A DNA stretch of 64,000 bases from Alphaproteobacteria bacterium (GCA_965178085.1 CBCXTS010000021.1:322048-386047); one strand, 5' to 3'. Numbered from the stretch's first letter, positions 21,938 through 32,720 are shown. Numbers and translations: made by a program. The notes: generated from the sequence alone by a model not told the origin.

Positions 21938-24403
21938 ATGAATTCTAACTCTATTCCTTCCAGCGCTTCTGCGATTATCATTGGTGGTGGTGTTATCGGT
22001 TGTTCGTTGGCATATCATCTGGCAAAAATCGGCTGGAAAGATGTCGTACTTCTTGAACGAAAACAACTAACAAGCGGTACTACGTGGCATGCTGCAGGAT
22101 TAGTAGGGCAATTGCGTGCTACGATGAACATGACACGCCTTGCCAAATATTCTTCTGAGTTATTTTCAAATCTTGAACAAGAAACCGAAATTGCAACCGG
22201 GTTTAGACAAAATGGATCCTTGGGCCTAGCTCTTACAACTGCACGTCTAGAAGAGTTTAATCGTGGGGTATCCATGGCTCGAACTTTCGGCCTAGAAGCA
22301 GAAATTCTTACACCGGCAGAATGCTTAAAGCTCTATCCTATGTTGAACATTGAAGATGTAAAAGGTGCTGTTTTTCTACCAAAAGACGGACAAGCAGATC
22401 CTACAAACATAGCCTTGGCATTAGCAAAAGGAGCGCGTGATCTAGGCGTACAAATTTTTGAACAACAAAAAGTTGACAATATTGTATATAAAAATGGATC
22501 CGTTGATGCTGTTGAGGGTGATTTTGGGCGTATCCAATGTAAGTATGCTGCTTTGTGCACTGGCATGTGGTCGCATACAATTGGTCAGAAAATTGGAATT
22601 AATATCCCCTTACATGCTGCAGAGCATTTCTATATTGTAACAGAGCCCATCAAAGATTTAGCGCGTGATTTACCAGTTTTACGCATTCCTGATGAGTGGG
22701 CATATTATAAAGAAGATGCAGGTAAAATATTACTTGGTGCCTTTGAGCCAAATGCAAAGCCATGGGGCATGGAAGGAATTTCAGAAGATTTTTGCTTTGA
22801 CCAATTGCCCGAAGATTTAGAACATTTTGGGCCAGTATTAGAAAAAGCAATTAACAGGCTTCCTATTTTAGCCGAAACTGGCATAGCCACTTTTTTTAAT
22901 GGACCCGAAAGCTTTACACCTGACGATCGTTATCTTTTGGGTGAAACGCCTGAGGTCAAAAACCTTTTTGTTGCCACAGGGTTTAACTCAATAGGTATAC
23001 AATCTTCAGGAGGTGTTGGCAAAGTGTTAGCACAATGGATGGATGCAGGAGAGCCTCCCATTGATTTGTGGGATGTGGATATACGCCGCATGATGCCTTT
23101 TCAAAATAATAAACGCTACTTGTTCGAGCGCACCAAAGAAAGTCTCGGCTTATTATATGCCGATCATTGGCCATATCGACAATTTGAAACTGCACGCGGC
23201 ATAAGGCGTTCTCCATTACATCGAGAACTGCAGGATCTTGGAGCATGCTTTGGAGAAACTGCGGGTTGGGAGCGAGCAAATTGGTTTCTACCCAACCAAG
23301 CCAAACATGCTGGACAAAAAGCGGAATATCAATATAGTTGGGGCAAGCAAAACTGGTTTGACTTTGCCAAGCAAGAGCATTATGCCATTCGCAATAATGT
23401 AGGTTTTTTTGACCTTACTTCTTTTGCAAAATTTAGAGTTGATGGAAGCCATGCTTTAGCGTTATTACAAAAATTATCTTGTGCAAATGTTGACGTTGCA
23501 CCTGGCCAAATTGTCTATACCGCATGGTTAAATAAACGTGGTTGCTTTGAAGCAGATTTAACCATTTCAAGACTCAGCGAAACAAGTTTTTTAGTGATCA
23601 GCGCTGGAGCTCATGCAACACGCGATCTTGCGTGGATGCACCGTCATATAGAACCAACATGGCAATGCAATATCATTGATATAACATCTGGTGAATCTGT
23701 TATTGCCGTTATGGGACCTAATTCTCGTAATTTATTACAAAAACTTACCAGCGAAAATCTAGATAACAACCATTTCCCATTTGGTTCATTTAAACAGATC
23801 GATTTTGGTTATGCATACGCAAGAGCACATCGTATATCTTACGTTGGTGAATTAGGCTGGGAGTTGTATATCCCTAGTGAAATGGCCGTTTCAGCATTTG
23901 AGTGCTTACTTGAAGAAGGCAAACCGTTTGGTATGTTGCCATGTGGTATGCATGTGCTTGATAGCTGTCGGTTAGAAAAAGGATTTCGCCATTTTGGACA
24001 TGATATTTCTGATGAGGACCACCTACTAGAAGCAGGAATGGGGTTCTTGGCCTCTAAAACCAAAAATAGTGATTATTTAGGAAAATCTGCCGTGCAAGAA
24101 AAACGCGATAAAGGAATTAATCGTACAATGATGCAATTTGCATTGCAAGATCCAGATGCCTTATTATACCATAACGAACCTATCATACGCGATGGAAAGA
24201 TGGTAAGTTATGTTACTTCTGGTGCATACGGTCATCATCTTGGTAGTGCTGTTGCAATGGGTTATATTCCGTTGCAAGGATCTGAAAAAACTGCTAATCT
24301 TATGAACAGTGAGTATGAAATTGAAATTGCTGGAAAGCGGTTTTTAGCACGAGCAAGCCTCAAAGGATTATACGATCCTGAAAATATTAAAATAAAAAGT
24401 TAA
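21938..24403 (+). CDS. FAD-dependent oxidoreductase fused to an aminomethyltransferase (GcvT-like) folate-binding domain; dimethylglycine/sarcosine dehydrogenase family
   Basis: N-terminal dinucleotide-binding motif (IIIGGGVIGCSLAYHLA), a DAO domain, and a C-terminal GcvT-like domain of about 400 aa. Total length 821 aa. Confidence 0.8.
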   Translation: MNSNSIPSSASAIIIGGGVIGCSLAYHLAKIGWKDVVLLERKQLTSGTTWHAAGLVGQLRATMNMTRLAKYSSELFSNLEQETEIATGFRQNGSLGLALTTARLEEFNRGVSMARTFGLEAEILTPAECLKLYPMLNIEDVKGAVFLPKDGQADPTNIALALAKGARDLGVQIFEQQKVDNIVYKNGSVDAVEGDFGRIQCKYAALCTGMWSHTIGQKIGINIPLHAAEHFYIVTEPIKDLARDLPVLRIPDEWAYYKEDAGKILLGAFEPNAKPWGMEGISEDFCFDQLPEDLEHFGPVLEKAINRLPILAETGIATFFNGPESFTPDDRYLLGETPEVKNLFVATGFNSIGIQSSGGVGKVLAQWMDAGEPPIDLWDVDIRRMMPFQNNKRYLFERTKESLGLLYADHWPYRQFETARGIRRSPLHRELQDLGACFGETAGWERANWFLPNQAKHAGQKAEYQYSWGKQNWFDFAKQEHYAIRNNVGFFDLTSFAKFRVDGSHALALLQKLSCANVDVAPGQIVYTAWLNKRGCFEADLTISRLSETSFLVISAGAHATRDLAWMHRHIEPTWQCNIIDITSGESVIAVMGPNSRNLLQKLTSENLDNNHFPFGSFKQIDFGYAYARAHRISYVGELGWELYIPSEMAVSAFECLLEEGKPFGMLPCGMHVLDSCRLEKGFRHFGHDISDEDHLLEAGMGFLASKTKNSDYLGKSAVQEKRDKGINRTMMQFALQDPDALLYHNEPIIRDGKMVSYVTSGAYGHHLGSAVAMGYIPLQGSEKTANLMNSEYEIEIAGKRFLARASLKGLYDPENIKIKS

Positions 24404-24414
24404 AGTATTTTATT

Positions 24415-25275
24415 ATGCCAGTTACATTTTTAGTTGTTGACGGATACTCACTTAAAGCACGCAATGATATGAAAAAAAACGGTGCTCCCTTAGGTGGAGA
24501 AACCTATGCAAATGCCATCCGTGAAAGCATGCCTAATTGCAATATCGATATCGTTTTTGCTGCTGATCCAGACACTCGCTTAGACCAATTTCGCCAATTA
24601 AAGGATTATACAGGCAGCGTTTGGACAGGTTCTAGCCTAATGGTTGACGATGACACTTCTGAAGTCCATCGCCAAATATCTCTAATGGGAGAGCTGTTTA
24701 AAAATGCTGTTCCTATTTTTGGTAGTTGTTGGGCATTGCAAATAGCTGCAATAGCTTCAGGAGGTAGCGTTAAACGTGTAACAGCTGGACCTGAATTTGG
24801 TATTGCAAGGCGGATATCATTAACACGTGCAGGACGTGCACACCCTATGTATGCAGGAATACCCGATATTTTTGAAAACTTTACGATTCATCGCGATGAA
24901 GTTGATGGCTTACCTCCTTCATCATTAATACTTGCCACCAATTCACACACGCGTGTGCAATCAGCACAAATCACACATCTCAACAGCAGCTTCTGGGGAG
25001 TTCAATACCACCCAGAATTTGATTTTGGGTACATGTACAACTTGACATTACGTCGCAAAGATAATCTTGTTCGTGATGGCTTTTTTCATACTGAGCAAGA
25101 TTGTATGAATTGGGCACAGCACTTTACTAACTTAGATCAAAACCCAGACAGTAAACCAGATTTATGGGCTTTAGGTCTCGATAAGCATCTGTTTAATCCA
25201 AGCGGCAGAATGCGTGAATTTCGTAATTGGGCAAGGCATATTTTAGCTACAGATCATATTTTTAAATATTTATAG
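24415..25275 (+). CDS. Class I glutamine amidotransferase-like protein
   Basis: Catalytic Cys context (FGSCWALQI) and His near the C-terminus (VQYHPEF). Confidence 0.7.
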   Translation: MPVTFLVVDGYSLKARNDMKKNGAPLGGETYANAIRESMPNCNIDIVFAADPDTRLDQFRQLKDYTGSVWTGSSLMVDDDTSEVHRQISLMGELFKNAVPIFGSCWALQIAAIASGGSVKRVTAGPEFGIARRISLTRAGRAHPMYAGIPDIFENFTIHRDEVDGLPPSSLILATNSHTRVQSAQITHLNSSFWGVQYHPEFDFGYMYNLTLRRKDNLVRDGFFHTEQDCMNWAQHFTNLDQNPDSKPDLWALGLDKHLFNPSGRMREFRNWARHILATDHIFKYL

Positions 25276-25418
25276 TAATATAATAAATTCTTTGAAATGA
25301 TGCATTTAAAAAGCAAAATAATAAACTCAAATATTCTACTAAAAATGAGTTCATGATTGGCTTTTAGATTGAGGTTATCACCTCCTATTTTACACAATAA
25401 ACCATGTCAACTATCTCC

Positions 25419-28325
25419 TTATTGCTCTGTGGAAGGACTATCGGGTATAATATTTTTTAATATACCTGGCAAAAGCAATGTGCTGGTATAGACTTCAATG
25501 TCTGGATTATCAACCAATCCTACAGCGCTAAAATCAGCTGCAAGCAGTGGTTGTAAACCTTTCTGCGTCGTTATATCACCAATGAATGGCACTGATCCTA
25601 ATAAATTATTTAACAAATAAAACGGCGCTACATTACCATCAATAGCAATCCAATCTGTACGTCTGTTATACTCACCACTAAAATTAACACCCAGTGTCAA
25701 ACTACTAGTGCGCCAATTTTCTATCTTAACAACATCGCCTTGATAATGTGCACTGCCTGTTGCTTTTGAAAAGCTAATACCATCATTTACTAACAAATCA
25801 ATAGGTGCAGACAACGACAAATGACTTAATAACGACAATAAAAATGGAGCATCACGAAGCGAATAATCTTCAAGGATAAAATCTAACCGCAGGCCATCAG
25901 AACTGTTTTGAGATACATTTTTACCTTTAAAAACTCCCCTATATAATGATTGACTAAAGTCAAAAGCGCGCAAGAAAAAACCAAGGTTTTGAATATTAAT
26001 ATTAAGATTTTGCTTGCCATCACCACTTGAATTCCAAATAAATTCTAGATTTGGTATATCGCTTACATTGAGATGATCTAATCCATCCTCTACCCCTTGT
26101 GCCATAAGGTATAATGTATCAAATTGTGCATTGTGCTTATCATAAATCAGGCGAATATCATGCATCATATTTTGATTAATGCTAATCTGATCCAAGGCAG
26201 CTAGTATTTTACCATCTGGTAGTATTTCTTCTAACAATTGATTAGAAAACATATCCTTTGCATTTGAGGATAAACCTGCTTGGTTTTTATTACTAATCAT
26301 CTTCAAATTTTTACTAGCAATACCAATTTCTAAACCTTCAGATTGTGTTTTTTTTATAAAACCCGATATTTGATTTTCTCCAAATTGTAAGTTTTCAATC
26401 TGCCAATCAAACCTACTGCTTTTATCAATTGTCATGCTAGAATCAAGAAAACTATCCAACGCCTCTACGCTCAATGTGTTTGCTTTTATGCTATAGGGCT
26501 TTATATATCCGCTGGAGTGAATGATAAAAGATTCTTCTAATTTTTTTGACCAACCAAAAAACGGTAAATCAAATTTAGCCTCAGTTAAGTCAATACTTAA
26601 ATCATAATTATTTTTGACATTATCTGCTATCGCTTTTGTAATTGTAATATCTAAATCACCCATACCTTCAACATAACCCGATATGATAGAATGCTTGATG
26701 AGAGACAAATCAATTGGCCCAGCAAAATGTATGATCGTTGGTATATTATCTTGATGAGGTAGCGCATGCTCTATTGAGACAATACCCTTAATGTCGCCTA
26801 TTTGCATATCTCCAGCAATACTATAGCCATCATTCAAGATATCACCGATTGTATGTTTGCTGATTGTAAGTTTTTTACCATGTAATATAAATGGAATTTG
26901 TCGGTGCTTTAATTGATAATGATTGATACTACCTTCAATAGTAAGTTCAGCCTGCTCATGAGAATCTAAAGAAGTCTCCAGTGGCAACAAAATTGTTAAT
27001 TTGCTTTTAACTTCACCACGCATGGCACTAACATCAAAAGATTTAAAGTTTGGATTGGAGACAATAAAAGCACTAAAAATATCAACAATACGTTTTACAT
27101 CACTATCAATATCTAACAAAATTTGTATTTGATTTTTTCCATCAACTTCAATAATATTACCTTGCAAATGGGTAGCTTTAAAGCCTTGACTGTTGCTTAC
27201 TGCATTAAAGGTTATCTTATTATTACTAAGAGTTATCTTGCCTTCAATATCAGATATTTCTTTTGCTGATTGATGCATTATTACAGAGGCATCTTTGACT
27301 TCAAGCACAGAGCTAAAATCTATTTGCGTAAAAACTCCATCACCACCGACCTTACCTTCAAAATCAAATGTAGCTTCCGTTAGATTACCAATTCCCATAT
27401 GAGTAGATAACCATACATAGACATTACTTTTAATTTGTTGTGGCCATTGCGCGTACACATCTGCAAAACTCACTTCCTTTATAAAATCTGAGTGGAAAAC
27501 CACTTTCCAACTTTTTTGATGTTCCTTTTTTTTAGAGCCATCTACATCTTGATTAGCAATTTCATCAATTCTAATGTAGCCTTTGCTCTCTAAATTACCT
27601 CGATGAAATTTAAGGTTTTTAATTTCCAAACTCTTCCCGTTACGCAAGGACAAATCGCCACTAGCTTGATCAATTAAAACTTCTTTATTATCAGCCAATG
27701 CAATATTAATATCCTTACCTTGAACGGGACCATCAAGCTCAAAATCATATGTTTTTTGATTAATCGTAAAATCAAAGCTACCAGAAAACAAACCATCAAC
27801 ACTGTTCAGCGTGTTTTCTAATAGAACAGAAGGCATCAAATGTTTGATATTTAATTTGCCTTTAAGAATATGATTATTTTCAATATCATACGATCTCAAA
27901 GAAACATGTGATTGAGCAAACTTCAAATCCCCTTCAATAAAGAAAACATTGCCTGAAAAATAAAAGCCAACCTGCAAAAATCCTGATACTCTAGCTGAGT
28001 TTTTTAAGCTTAAATCATACCCTATTGATTTTAAGACATGCGACAGAGACTGCATTTCAGCATCATTAAATCTTATATCAGCAACAAACCCAGAGCCCGT
28101 ATAATAATCAATATTATCAGTGCCCAAAAGCTGAACGGACACTCCAGATGGTACTGTATTTAAAAATAACTGCGAAAACTGTGCATAAGAGGTATCTACA
28201 GCAATCCAATTGAAGGTGCTTATAAGAAGTAATAGCTTTAGTCCAATACTTGCTAGAGCTCGTGTGGATATCTTCAATATATCAAACATGATTGTTGCAT
28301 AGGGTTGCAATATTATTAAGGCCAA
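25419..28325 (-). CDS. Large membrane-anchored periplasmic protein, AsmA/YhdP/TamB-like
   Basis: 968 aa with an N-terminal TM helix and then a long, repeat-poor, beta-rich sequence. The size and topology fit the AsmA-like family. Confidence 0.45.
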   Translation of the reverse strand: MALIILQPYATIMFDILKISTRALASIGLKLLLLISTFNWIAVDTSYAQFSQLFLNTVPSGVSVQLLGTDNIDYYTGSGFVADIRFNDAEMQSLSHVLKSIGYDLSLKNSARVSGFLQVGFYFSGNVFFIEGDLKFAQSHVSLRSYDIENNHILKGKLNIKHLMPSVLLENTLNSVDGLFSGSFDFTINQKTYDFELDGPVQGKDINIALADNKEVLIDQASGDLSLRNGKSLEIKNLKFHRGNLESKGYIRIDEIANQDVDGSKKKEHQKSWKVVFHSDFIKEVSFADVYAQWPQQIKSNVYVWLSTHMGIGNLTEATFDFEGKVGGDGVFTQIDFSSVLEVKDASVIMHQSAKEISDIEGKITLSNNKITFNAVSNSQGFKATHLQGNIIEVDGKNQIQILLDIDSDVKRIVDIFSAFIVSNPNFKSFDVSAMRGEVKSKLTILLPLETSLDSHEQAELTIEGSINHYQLKHRQIPFILHGKKLTISKHTIGDILNDGYSIAGDMQIGDIKGIVSIEHALPHQDNIPTIIHFAGPIDLSLIKHSIISGYVEGMGDLDITITKAIADNVKNNYDLSIDLTEAKFDLPFFGWSKKLEESFIIHSSGYIKPYSIKANTLSVEALDSFLDSSMTIDKSSRFDWQIENLQFGENQISGFIKKTQSEGLEIGIASKNLKMISNKNQAGLSSNAKDMFSNQLLEEILPDGKILAALDQISINQNMMHDIRLIYDKHNAQFDTLYLMAQGVEDGLDHLNVSDIPNLEFIWNSSGDGKQNLNINIQNLGFFLRAFDFSQSLYRGVFKGKNVSQNSSDGLRLDFILEDYSLRDAPFLLSLLSHLSLSAPIDLLVNDGISFSKATGSAHYQGDVVKIENWRTSSLTLGVNFSGEYNRRTDWIAIDGNVAPFYLLNNLLGSVPFIGDITTQKGLQPLLAADFSAVGLVDNPDIEVYTSTLLLPGILKNIIPDSPSTEQ

Positions 28326-28542
28326 TATTCTAGGATATAGATCAATTGTTTAAGAAACGCCGATTATATAATGAATCGTTGAATTGTAATTAAATTTTAA
28401 TTGAGTTGCCAAAACCTACAATGTGATATTAATAATATTAGCATAGGTATTTTATATATTAATAATCGCTACATAGCCTATAAATATTATCTCGTGATTG
28501 TTTAACATTTGCAACACACATTTTGAGACAAAAATATTTAAT

Positions 28543-31422
28543 ATGCATCTACAAACAAAGCTCCATTTACCAAAATTTATACTCACTAATCCTAAGCAAC
28601 GGCGCCATTTCCTTGCGCATTGTCAATTGCATAGTCCTTGGCTTGCAAGATTAACGCAACGCTATTATGATTTAGAAGAACATTTTATTGAAAATGACCC
28701 CAAAAGTGTTTTGAATAACATCTTGAAGCAACAAGAAAATGAATTTTGTACTAATATCAATCCATTTTCTGACATAGACACACTCCAACAACAATTATGC
28801 GTTGCTAAGCAGCGACTCTCTTTAGTGCTTGCATGGAACGAAGTTTCTGGAGCTGTATCAATCAAAGATACAATCAAAATATGGTCTGACTTTGCACAAA
28901 AAACTATCCAATGCAGTATTGTATCTGCCATCTATGCTCTATGCAAGCGTAAGAAATACGCTCTGCCAGATATGCCAAATTCACAAACTTTATGCCAAGG
29001 CATTACTGTACTTGCTATGGGAAAACTTGGCGAACAACTACTTAACTATTCAAGCGATGTCGATCTTATCATCTTGTACGATCTCAATAATACCACATAT
29101 CCTTTTACAAGCGAAGATATCATCAGAGCAGTAAAAACATTCGCTTATATTATGCACAATGAAACAGCAAAAGGATACATATTTAGGGTAGATTTTCGTT
29201 TGCGCCCTGATCCAGCTTCAACACCTATTGCTGTTAAGCTTGCCTCTGCTGAAATCTACTATGAAAGTGCAGCGAGGACCTGGGAGCGCGCTGCCATGAT
29301 AAAAGCACGCCCAGTTGCAGGTGACATCACCATGGGTAATCATTTTATCAAGCATATCCAATCTTTTATATGGAAAAAGTATCTTGATTTTTATGCGCTA
29401 GAAGAAATCGGGGCAATGGTCCGATCTAGCGTCCATCCAAAACATTTAAACCATATTGAAAACCTTGAAGGCTTTGACCTTAAACGTAGTTACGGTACAA
29501 TCAGAACAATAGAATTTTTTGTGCAAGCCTTACAATTAGTTTGGGGTGGTAGAGTACATTCTTTACGTACAGATTCAACACTTCTTTCATTAAATGCTTT
29601 ATCTAAAAATAAAATTATTCATAAAACGCAAGCCCGCAATTTAACCCAGGGCTATTATTTTCTGCGCTTATTAGAACATCGCGTACAAATGATTAACGAT
29701 CAGCAAACCCATAAAATACCTATCGGAGTAGATAAACTTGAGAGCTTTACCAAGTTTTGTGGATTAAATGACAAAACTGAATTATTTGCACGATTGCAAA
29801 TAGCAAATACTGAAATTTTAAAAACTACGTCTATTTTAAAATCTTCCAAAGGCAAAATGCAAATACAAATACTCAACCCAGCAACGAATATGCAAAATAA
29901 ACATGCCTTTGAAAACAACAGCACTGATACAAAAATTGTTCAGCAATGGTTTATAGACAGCGGATTTAAAAACGCAGAACAGGCATATGCCATTATCCAA
30001 CAATGGAAAAAATGTACATACAACGCATTACAAAATAATGAGGCAGCACGTGTTTTCCACAAGCTTGTCCCGACATTACTAGAAACAATCAGTCAGTCAT
30101 ACGATAAAGATATTGCGTTACGTAACTTTGATCTCTTTTTACAAAAATTACCAACTGGCGTGCAACTACTTTCAGCGCTCTCAGCAAATGCCAGTCTTTT
30201 GCGCCAACTAACAACAATCATCGCCAATGTCCCAAGAATGGCGCATATTCTTGCAAGACGCCCTGAGCGCTTAGATATGTTTTTTACCCCACATATCCAG
30301 CAATTATCTTTTCGACATATTACCAATAGTTTTAAAGCTGAAATACACCCTAGACTACCTTATGAAATATCACTTTCTGCTGCACGGAAATGGCTAAATG
30401 AAAGTATCTTTTTAATTGATAACCTACTTTTAGAAGGGCATCTGTCACTTGAGCAGTGGCAACTTGGCCACACCAATCTATGCGAATGCTGCATTAGACA
30501 GCTAATCCCAATCATTGGCAAAGAATATTTTGGAGAGAATGCTACAAAGATGTTGCAAAATTTTGCTATCTTGAGCTTTGGAAGAACTGCCACAAAATCC
30601 TTAACATGCAATTCTGATATTGATGGTGTTTTTATCTGGAAAGATAAAGGAGATACAAAAAAATTTGTTGCTTATAATCGATTTGCACAACGCATTATAA
30701 CTGCATTTGAGTTTGGTCATTCTGAAGGAATTTTATATACATTTGACACAAGGTTACGCCCTGATGGTACTAAATCAGCACTCGCAACATCATTATCACG
30801 CTTGTTGAATTACTACGAAAAACAAGAAGCATGGGGATGGGAAATATTAGCTCTGGCGTCTTCTAGGCCAATATTTGGCAATTCAACTATGAAGCAAAAA
30901 ATAAATTTAATGCGAAAGCAGACACTCACAGCAGCCAGCACCAATTCAAAAGCATTGTGTGACTCTCTTATCCATATTCGCAATCATCATATTAAATCGC
31001 ACCTTCAAACACATGCTAACAAAACTTTTAGCCTTAAGCATCAAAGCGGATGCTTGCTAGACCTTGAACTACTCACGCAGTATTTATTAATTGTATATTC
31101 AAACCAGCTTGAAACTCCGTATTCATTTCCAGCAGAAAAAAGTAAAAAATGGCAAATATTGACAACCGATCCCATATTCAAGCAATTTGCTCCTCAACAA
31201 TTGCAAAAAGCATATCAATTATTTGAAGCAGCAATTGCAATAACCCGCATAAGCGGCCGTCAATTGGATGAACTCGTTGAAGAGCAAGGTAAACTTGCTA
31301 AAAGACTAAACCAGCTAGCTGGTTTAGATGAAAATGAATCTTTTTTTTCATCGCTTGATCTTGCACGCAGTTATGTCCATAATGCCTATGACATAATCTA
31401 TAACAAATCAGCTCATCACTAA
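28543..31422 (+). CDS. glnE: Bifunctional glutamine synthetase adenylyltransferase/adenylyl-removing enzyme
   Basis: Two nucleotidyltransferase modules (GKLGEQLLNYSSDVDLIILYD, and LSFGRTATKSLTCNSDIDGVFIW) in a protein of about 960 aa. The ORF track starts at a TTG at 28498. The ATG at 28543 is more likely. Confidence 0.85.
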   Translation: MHLQTKLHLPKFILTNPKQRRHFLAHCQLHSPWLARLTQRYYDLEEHFIENDPKSVLNNILKQQENEFCTNINPFSDIDTLQQQLCVAKQRLSLVLAWNEVSGAVSIKDTIKIWSDFAQKTIQCSIVSAIYALCKRKKYALPDMPNSQTLCQGITVLAMGKLGEQLLNYSSDVDLIILYDLNNTTYPFTSEDIIRAVKTFAYIMHNETAKGYIFRVDFRLRPDPASTPIAVKLASAEIYYESAARTWERAAMIKARPVAGDITMGNHFIKHIQSFIWKKYLDFYALEEIGAMVRSSVHPKHLNHIENLEGFDLKRSYGTIRTIEFFVQALQLVWGGRVHSLRTDSTLLSLNALSKNKIIHKTQARNLTQGYYFLRLLEHRVQMINDQQTHKIPIGVDKLESFTKFCGLNDKTELFARLQIANTEILKTTSILKSSKGKMQIQILNPATNMQNKHAFENNSTDTKIVQQWFIDSGFKNAEQAYAIIQQWKKCTYNALQNNEAARVFHKLVPTLLETISQSYDKDIALRNFDLFLQKLPTGVQLLSALSANASLLRQLTTIIANVPRMAHILARRPERLDMFFTPHIQQLSFRHITNSFKAEIHPRLPYEISLSAARKWLNESIFLIDNLLLEGHLSLEQWQLGHTNLCECCIRQLIPIIGKEYFGENATKMLQNFAILSFGRTATKSLTCNSDIDGVFIWKDKGDTKKFVAYNRFAQRIITAFEFGHSEGILYTFDTRLRPDGTKSALATSLSRLLNYYEKQEAWGWEILALASSRPIFGNSTMKQKINLMRKQTLTAASTNSKALCDSLIHIRNHHIKSHLQTHANKTFSLKHQSGCLLDLELLTQYLLIVYSNQLETPYSFPAEKSKKWQILTTDPIFKQFAPQQLQKAYQLFEAAIAITRISGRQLDELVEEQGKLAKRLNQLAGLDENESFFSSLDLARSYVHNAYDIIYNKSAHH

Positions 31423-31434
31423 CGAGGAAGTACA

Positions 31435-31914
31435 ATGTTGCAAATTAATAGCCTAGCGCCTGATTTTTCTTTAGGTGCAATCGATGCACTAGGCAACGAT
31501 ATGCAAGCAATCTTAAGCCAAGTCCAAACACGATTGCTTGTAGTGTATTTCTATCCCAAAGATAATACTAGTGGATGCACGCAACAAGCATGTGATTTCC
31601 GTTCGCAGATAAAAAACTTGCAAAACTTAGATACAACTATATGGGGCATATCACCAGATAATATCAAAAGTCATATCAAGTTTCAGCAAAAATATGACCT
31701 GCCTTTTTCTTTACTAAGCGACCCGGATCATACTGCATGCTACGCATACCAATGCTGGGTAGAAAAAAGTATGTATGGGCGTAAATATTTTGGTGTTGAA
31801 CGTTCAACTTTTTTGATCGATATTAAAAAACTTACAATTTTGGCGCTATGGCGTAAAGTCAAAGTTAAAGACCACGTTCAAGAAGTGGTTGAAACCATTC
31901 AAAACTCACTTTAG
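31435..31914 (+). CDS. bcp: Thioredoxin-dependent peroxiredoxin Bcp
   Basis: 159 aa with a peroxidatic Cys motif (DNTSGCTQQACDFR). Confidence 0.85.
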   Translation: MLQINSLAPDFSLGAIDALGNDMQAILSQVQTRLLVVYFYPKDNTSGCTQQACDFRSQIKNLQNLDTTIWGISPDNIKSHIKFQQKYDLPFSLLSDPDHTACYAYQCWVEKSMYGRKYFGVERSTFLIDIKKLTILALWRKVKVKDHVQEVVETIQNSL

Positions 31915-31931
31915 CAAATATATTTTCAACA

Positions 31932-32600
31932 GTGTCTAATACACCTGCTATTAATCTACCATATATCGTTACTTTCTTAGTACTGGTTAATATCGCATGC
32001 TATATTCTATTATCGCTAGTTCCTAGTTATATTTATCACAATATTATCATAAATTTTTCTCTTTTTCCTGATCGATATGAAACGCCAACATGGATGTTCG
32101 ATAATTGGTTTGTCGCTCTTATCTCGCTAATAAGTTATGCTTTCTTACATGGCGGATGGCTACATCTTATTGCCAACATGATATTTCTTGCAGTTTTTGG
32201 TAATGCTATCACCCGCGTTTGTGGGACACGGGTTACATTGTTTATTTATGTGACAGGTATTATTATCCCTGCCCTTGCTGTTTGTTTTTTAATACCATCC
32301 CAAGGCCGTTTTATTATTGGTGCATCTGGGGCAATAATGGCTCTTGCAGGTGCTATGACCAACATTGCCTTTGATTTTAAACTTGCGATGTATTTACCAC
32401 ATCCCTTCAACAATAAACGTAATGCTATCGCATTTTCTGTTATATTTTTGATATCTTCACTTATAATGTACGTGCTACCCATGCTCAACCATAACAGTTC
32501 GATGCATTCTGCAATAGCAGTTGATGTGCATTTACTTGGTTTTATAAGTGGAGCAATGACAATGTCACTTGTAAAGCATCAACCAAGGGGTCACTTGTAA
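31932..32600 (+). CDS. Rhomboid-family intramembrane serine protease
   Basis: Six-TM protein with GxSG (GASGAIMALAG) and a downstream His in a TM helix (HLLGFISGA). Its last 12 codons and stop codon lie inside the 26-bp tandem repeat array. Confidence 0.75.
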   Translation: MSNTPAINLPYIVTFLVLVNIACYILLSLVPSYIYHNIIINFSLFPDRYETPTWMFDNWFVALISLISYAFLHGGWLHLIANMIFLAVFGNAITRVCGTRVTLFIYVTGIIIPALAVCFLIPSQGRFIIGASGAIMALAGAMTNIAFDFKLAMYLPHPFNNKRNAIAFSVIFLISSLIMYVLPMLNHNSSMHSAIAVDVHLLGFISGAMTMSLVKHQPRGHL

Positions 32601-32720
32601 AGCATCAACCAAGGGGTCACTTGTAAAGCATCAACCAAGGGGGTCACTTGTAAAGCATCACCCAAGGGGTCACTTGTAAAGCATCAACCAAGGGGTCACT
32701 TGTAAAGCATCACCCAAGGG
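32564..32720. repeat. Six copies of a 26-bp direct tandem repeat (GTCACTTGTAAAGCATCAACCAAGGG, with CAACC/CACCC variants and one unit carrying an extra G)
   Basis: Read directly in the sequence. The units are contiguous with no spacers, so this is not a CRISPR array. The array bridges the convergent 3' ends of the rhomboid gene and ubiG. Confidence 0.9.

Noticed and set aside
32564-32720. Could the 26-bp repeat array be a CRISPR locus?
   Set aside because: The units are directly contiguous with no unique spacers. The array lies inside and between two coding 3' ends. No cas genes are nearby.
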